Below are positions 60,479-64,000 of a DNA stretch of 64,000 nucleotides, piece by piece. The notes beneath the pieces were generated by a model. That model was not told where the DNA came from and did not search any database. It saw only the letters and a list, made by a program, of their open reading frames with translations. The DNA is from Gammaproteobacteria bacterium (GTDB lineage: Bacteria; Pseudomonadota; Gammaproteobacteria; CBDBNL01; JAAOII01). The DNA lies in NCBI GenBank assembly GCA_965209035.1, contig OZ242372.1:704001-768000 (forward strand), read 5' to 3'. The translations under genes were made by a program, and so were the position numbers. The stretch's first letter is position 1. Each line of letters starts with the position of its first letter.

Positions 60479-61540
60479 CTACTTACCGAACAGGCCGTTT
60501 TGCCCGGCAGTCATGTGCTCCGGGACCACGAGAGAAAAATGTTCATACGCGCGCGGCAGAGCGAGTCGACCGCGCGCCGTGCGCTTAATAAATCCTTCGC
60601 GAATGAGATAAGGTTCCACCACATCTTCCAAGGTCCCGCGTTCCTCTTGCATGGCCGTGGCCAGATTATCTATGCCGACGGGACCGCCGTTAAATCGTTC
60701 CATAATCGTGGTCAACAGTTTGCGATCCGTTTCATCCAAGCCGGAAACATCCACCCCCAACAGTTGCAATGCCTTCGCAACGACCTGCTCGTTAATTTTT
60801 TTGACTCCTTCCACCTCGGCATAGTCGCGCACCCGCCGCAACAAGCGATTGACGATCCGCGGTGTGCCGCGCGCACCGGCCGCAATCTTCAGGGCGGCGC
60901 CATCTGTGAGAGAAATTTTGAGCAGTTGCGCCGAGCGCAACACGATGGATTTAAGTTCCTCTTGTTCGTAAAAATCCAACCGAAGAACAATGCCAAATCT
61001 GTCTCGCAGAGGAGAAGTTAGCAGGCCGCTGCGTGTGGTTGCACCGATCAAGGTGAACGGCGACACATCCAATCGCAACGGGCGGGATGCGCTGCCGTCG
61101 CCAAACACAATATCAATCTTGTAGTCTTCCATTGCCGGATACAAAATTTCTTCCACATGAGGCGAAAGGCGATGCAGTTCATCAACAAACAGAACATCCC
61201 GACGCTCCAAGTTGGACAGCAGCGCGGCAATATCCCGTCCTTTTTCCAGAACAGGGCCGGAACTAACGGAAATGTTCGCTCCAATTTCATTTGCAATGAT
61301 GCGGGCCAAGGTGGTCTTACCAAGACCGGGCGGCCCAAACAAGAGAATGTGATCCAAGGGTTCGGACCGTTGTTTCGCGGCACGCACGGCAACATCCAGT
61401 TGCCGGCGAATATTATCTTGACCGATGTACTCGCCCAGACTGCGCGGCCGCAGTGCGTTATCAAATACCCCCTCCTCCGCCACCGAGGCAATACGAACGG
61501 TTCTGTCCTCTTTAATCGCGGGCATCATTTTACCGACCAC
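60479..61540 (-). CDS. ruvB: Holliday junction branch migration helicase RuvB
   Basis: [35 protein letters not shown]. Confidence 0.98.
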   Translation of the reverse strand: MVGKMMPAIKEDRTVRIASVAEEGVFDNALRPRSLGEYIGQDNIRRQLDVAVRAAKQRSEPLDHILLFGPPGLGKTTLARIIANEIGANISVSSGPVLEKGRDIAALLSNLERRDVLFVDELHRLSPHVEEILYPAMEDYKIDIVFGDGSASRPLRLDVSPFTLIGATTRSGLLTSPLRDRFGIVLRLDFYEQEELKSIVLRSAQLLKISLTDGAALKIAAGARGTPRIVNRLLRRVRDYAEVEGVKKINEQVVAKALQLLGVDVSGLDETDRKLLTTIMERFNGGPVGIDNLATAMQEERGTLEDVVEPYLIREGFIKRTARGRLALPRAYEHFSLVVPEHMTAGQNGLFGK

Positions 61541-61564
61541 TCCCCAAATACGGAAAACGATTGA

Positions 61565-61852
61565 TTAATAAAGGATTTGGAAATGACATTCGGTATCCGC
61601 GGCCTCTTCACCCGCATCACTCGGTTCGCAACAACGAACGGATACCACCTCGGCAAGATGCGGTCCTCTGTGGCACAATTTCAAGCACCTTTCAATTTTT
61701 TGTTTATCGCCGCGCAGTTCGGCCTCAACTCTGCCGTTGGGCAAATTGCGCACCCAGCCGGACAAAGCCAACTCACTCGCTCTGCTTCTTAACCAATCCC
61801 TGTAGCCGACACCCTGAACGCGACCACAAACTTCCAAACGCATCCTTGTCAC
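61565..61852 (-). CDS. acyP: Acylphosphatase
   Basis: GRVQGVGYR, GWVRN..GRVE, GP..A.V. Confidence 0.93.
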   Translation of the reverse strand: MTRMRLEVCGRVQGVGYRDWLRSRASELALSGWVRNLPNGRVEAELRGDKQKIERCLKLCHRGPHLAEVVSVRCCEPSDAGEEAADTECHFQILY

Positions 61853-61872
61853 GGCCGCGAGAACGCCGATAC

Positions 61873-62751
61873 CTAAGATAAGGCGGAAAGAACAGACCGG
61901 GTGGCATCTCCCAATTCCACAACATTGCGCACAGTGCGAACACCGGCTTCTTCCAAAACTCTGAACTTATCTTCCGCCGTTCCCTTGCCACCGGCAATGA
62001 TCGCTCCGGCATGCCCCATCCGTTTCCCCGGCGGGGCTGTAACACCGGCAATATAAGCAAGAACGGGGGTACGCATTTCCCGTTTGATAAAATCGGCCGC
62101 TTCCTCTTCGGCACTCCCTCCTATTTCGCCGACCATAATGATCATCTCGGTGGCCGCATCCTCTTCAAACAGTTGCAAAATATCCGTGAACGAACTGCCG
62201 GCAATCGGGTCGCCGCCTATTCCCACACAGGTGCTTTGCCCTTCTCCCAGATCGGAAACCTGTTTAACCGCCTCATAGGTGAGCGTGCCGGATCTTGAGA
62301 CAATGCCGACACGACCCGGACGATGAATGTCTCCCGGCATAATTCCTATTTTGCATTCGCCCGGCGTAATGACCCCCGGACAATTCGGACCAATCAAACG
62401 AGCCCCGCGATCCGCGCAGAATATCTTAGCGCGCAACATATCCAAAACGGGAATGCCTTCTGTGATACATACGATCAATTTCACGCCGCTCACGGCTGCC
62501 TCGGCAATAGAGTCCAAACAAAAAGGCGCCGGAACATAAATGACGGAAGCGTCCGCCCGGGTTTTCTCAACAGCTTCTCGCATGGTATCAAACACGGGCA
62601 AGTTGAGATGCGTTTGCCCGCCCTTGCCGGGCGTCACCCCGCCAACCATCCGGGTGCCGTAGGCAATCGCTTGTTCGGAATGAAATGTGCCTTGGGAACC
62701 GGTAAATCCTTGGGTGATGACACGCGTGTTCTTGTTTATCAGAATGCTCAT
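61873..62751 (-). CDS. sucD: Succinyl-CoA synthetase alpha subunit
   Basis: [27 protein letters not shown]. Confidence 0.98.
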   Translation of the reverse strand: MSILINKNTRVITQGFTGSQGTFHSEQAIAYGTRMVGGVTPGKGGQTHLNLPVFDTMREAVEKTRADASVIYVPAPFCLDSIAEAAVSGVKLIVCITEGIPVLDMLRAKIFCADRGARLIGPNCPGVITPGECKIGIMPGDIHRPGRVGIVSRSGTLTYEAVKQVSDLGEGQSTCVGIGGDPIAGSSFTDILQLFEEDAATEMIIMVGEIGGSAEEEAADFIKREMRTPVLAYIAGVTAPPGKRMGHAGAIIAGGKGTAEDKFRVLEEAGVRTVRNVVELGDATRSVLSALS

Positions 62752-62775
62752 GCGGAAGACTGTATGAGGATAGGC

Positions 62776-63429
62776 TTAGCGAGGGCCCAAACTATTATGC
62801 CACCAGTTAGGCGAAGCAAGAAGAACGAATTCTTTGTCATCGGCAATACGATTTGCGATGTTTAAGGAAGCCAGCCCCGGTGCTGTCTTAACAATATAAC
62901 CGCTCGGATGCCAACTCAAGGGTTCAAGATGAATTCTTTGACCCGTAAGTTTCTCTAGAATCTTCTTCGCATTCGCCGGGTCCGCAAGGTCTGCGGCGTC
63001 CTTAAAAATAACGGTAACATCTCCCGGCAAGGCCTTGAGACCGCCGGAGTCCTCAAACACCGGCGACAGCATACGGGAATTGACAAACAACTCGGCTTCC
63101 GCCGATGGCGACAGATCCGGGTCCAGCCGGTAAACGGTTGCCCCGCCCTTTTTGTCCGCCACGGACATCAACCGTTCTTTTTCTTCCGCAGTCATTTGAT
63201 CGGCATGATCGCCAAATCCGGCCGCCAGCAGAGGAACGATTTGCAACGAACGCCTCAGGTCGCCGTCCATCCAATAATAGTTTTCCGCCAGGATCGTCGG
63301 GCTGGAAAAAATTAACAGCAGCAATAATACGAGCGTGCCGGTTAGTCTTTTTTTCCTTGTTAGTTTCCTTGTTAGTATCATTGTTAGTTTCATTGTTAGT
63401 TTCATTGTTAGTATCATTGTTAGTATCAT
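62776..63429 (-). CDS. Exported hypothetical protein; putative S8 protease external chaperone / prodomain-like protein
   Basis: Signal peptide (RLTGTLVLLLLLIFSSPTILA); SPVF...ALPG.V.V, PGL.SL..AN.I, SPNWW pattern recalled from proteins encoded beside bacterial kexin-like proteases (not database-checked). Confidence 0.6.
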   Translation of the reverse strand: MILTMILTMKLTMKLTMILTRKLTRKKRLTGTLVLLLLLIFSSPTILAENYYWMDGDLRRSLQIVPLLAAGFGDHADQMTAEEKERLMSVADKKGGATVYRLDPDLSPSAEAELFVNSRMLSPVFEDSGGLKALPGDVTVIFKDAADLADPANAKKILEKLTGQRIHLEPLSWHPSGYIVKTAPGLASLNIANRIADDKEFVLLASPNWWHNSLGPR

Positions 63430-63440
63430 TGTTAGTTTCC
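63357..63440. repeat. 7 x 12-bp tandem repeat spanning the sucC stop and the next start
   Basis: TTGTTAGT(A/T)TC(A/C) units at 63357, 63369, 63381, 63393, 63405, 63417 and 63429. Confidence 0.92.
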
Positions 63441-64000
63441 TTTTTGTGTTGCCCGCACGGCGGCCATGGCGGCCTCGGCCAGACCGGCTTTGGCAAGGGT
63501 CCCCGCCGCCCGCTCTTGTAAAATTTGCATACCCGCCTCGGCACGATTGCCTTCCAGGCGGACAATGATCGGCACATTTAAGCCTCCCTCTAATTCTTTG
63601 CCCAAACCGCTCCCTAAACCGTTTTCCGCCCGGAGTTCGGCAATGGCATCCGATATACCCGTGGCGATCAGATCACAGCGCACGATGCCGCCAAATATGT
63701 TTACCAAAACAGCCTTGACTTTTTTGTCGGAAAGAATAATCTTGAATGCTTCGCTGACTCTTTCTTTGGTGGCGCCGCCGCCGACATCCAAAAAGTTTGC
63801 GGGCACACCGCCATAGGTCTTAATGATATCCATCGTAGCCATTGCCAGACCCGCGCCGTTGACCATACAACCGATGTTGCCATCAAGAGCAACATAACTC
63901 AATCCGTGTTCGGCTGCTTCGTTTTCGCGCGCATCTTCTTGCAGCGGATCCCGCAATGCAACAAGATCCTTATGGCGATATAAGGCATTATCATCCAAAT
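63432..64000 (-). CDS. sucC: Succinyl-CoA synthetase beta subunit, C-terminal part (runs off window end)
   Basis: [45 protein letters not shown]. Confidence 0.97.
   Translation of the reverse strand, partial: LDDNALYRHKDLVALRDPLQEDARENEAAEHGLSYVALDGNIGCMVNGAGLAMATMDIIKTYGGVPANFLDVGGGATKERVSEAFKIILSDKKVKAVLVNIFGGIVRCDLIATGISDAIAELRAENGLGSGLGKELEGGLNVPIIVRLEGNRAEAGMQILQERAAGTLAKAGLAEAAMAAVRATQKGN

Overview
Bacterial chromosomal window; the ribosomal, tol, suc and pur genes look gammaproteobacterial, and a host-associated lifestyle is inferred but not shown. 1-4.2 kb: thrU-tyrU-glyT-thrT-tuf-trpT-secE-nusG-rplKA-rplJ'. 4.3-14 kb: purF-cvpA-dedD lie downstream of a tightly packed minus-strand run of a Csd1-like M23 peptidase, two bactofilins, a MotA/TolQ/ExbB-type channel, two divergent single-TM MotB/ExbD-like partners and a tandem FGE-sulfatase-fold protein; this is the best candidate for an undescribed ion-motive-force envelope machine. 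14-35 kb: an island of four paralogous lipoprotein adhesins (FN3, Asp/Cys-rich TSP3-like repeats, GLUG repeats). One is 2730 aa with about 42 shuffled 41-aa repeats; one is split by an IS1634-family element with a 247-bp target duplication. The units are delimited by IS481-like end fragments and IS1016-like remnants. 35-49 kb: a catabolic cluster with a split branched-chain-type ABC transporter, CoA ligase, crotonase, MR/MLE enolase, CitE-like lyase, PanE-like reductase, hydratase, SDR and a DUF1907/C11orf54-like metalloenzyme. 49-64 kb: def-fmt-rsmB converge on a scrambled run of sucC-X-sucD-acyP-ruvB-S8 protease-ybgC-tolQRAB-yejEF, where a propeptide-less kexin-like protease and a putative external chaperone are interleaved with housekeeping genes. 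All five tRNA genes lack an encoded CCA, and short tandem micro-duplications are common.
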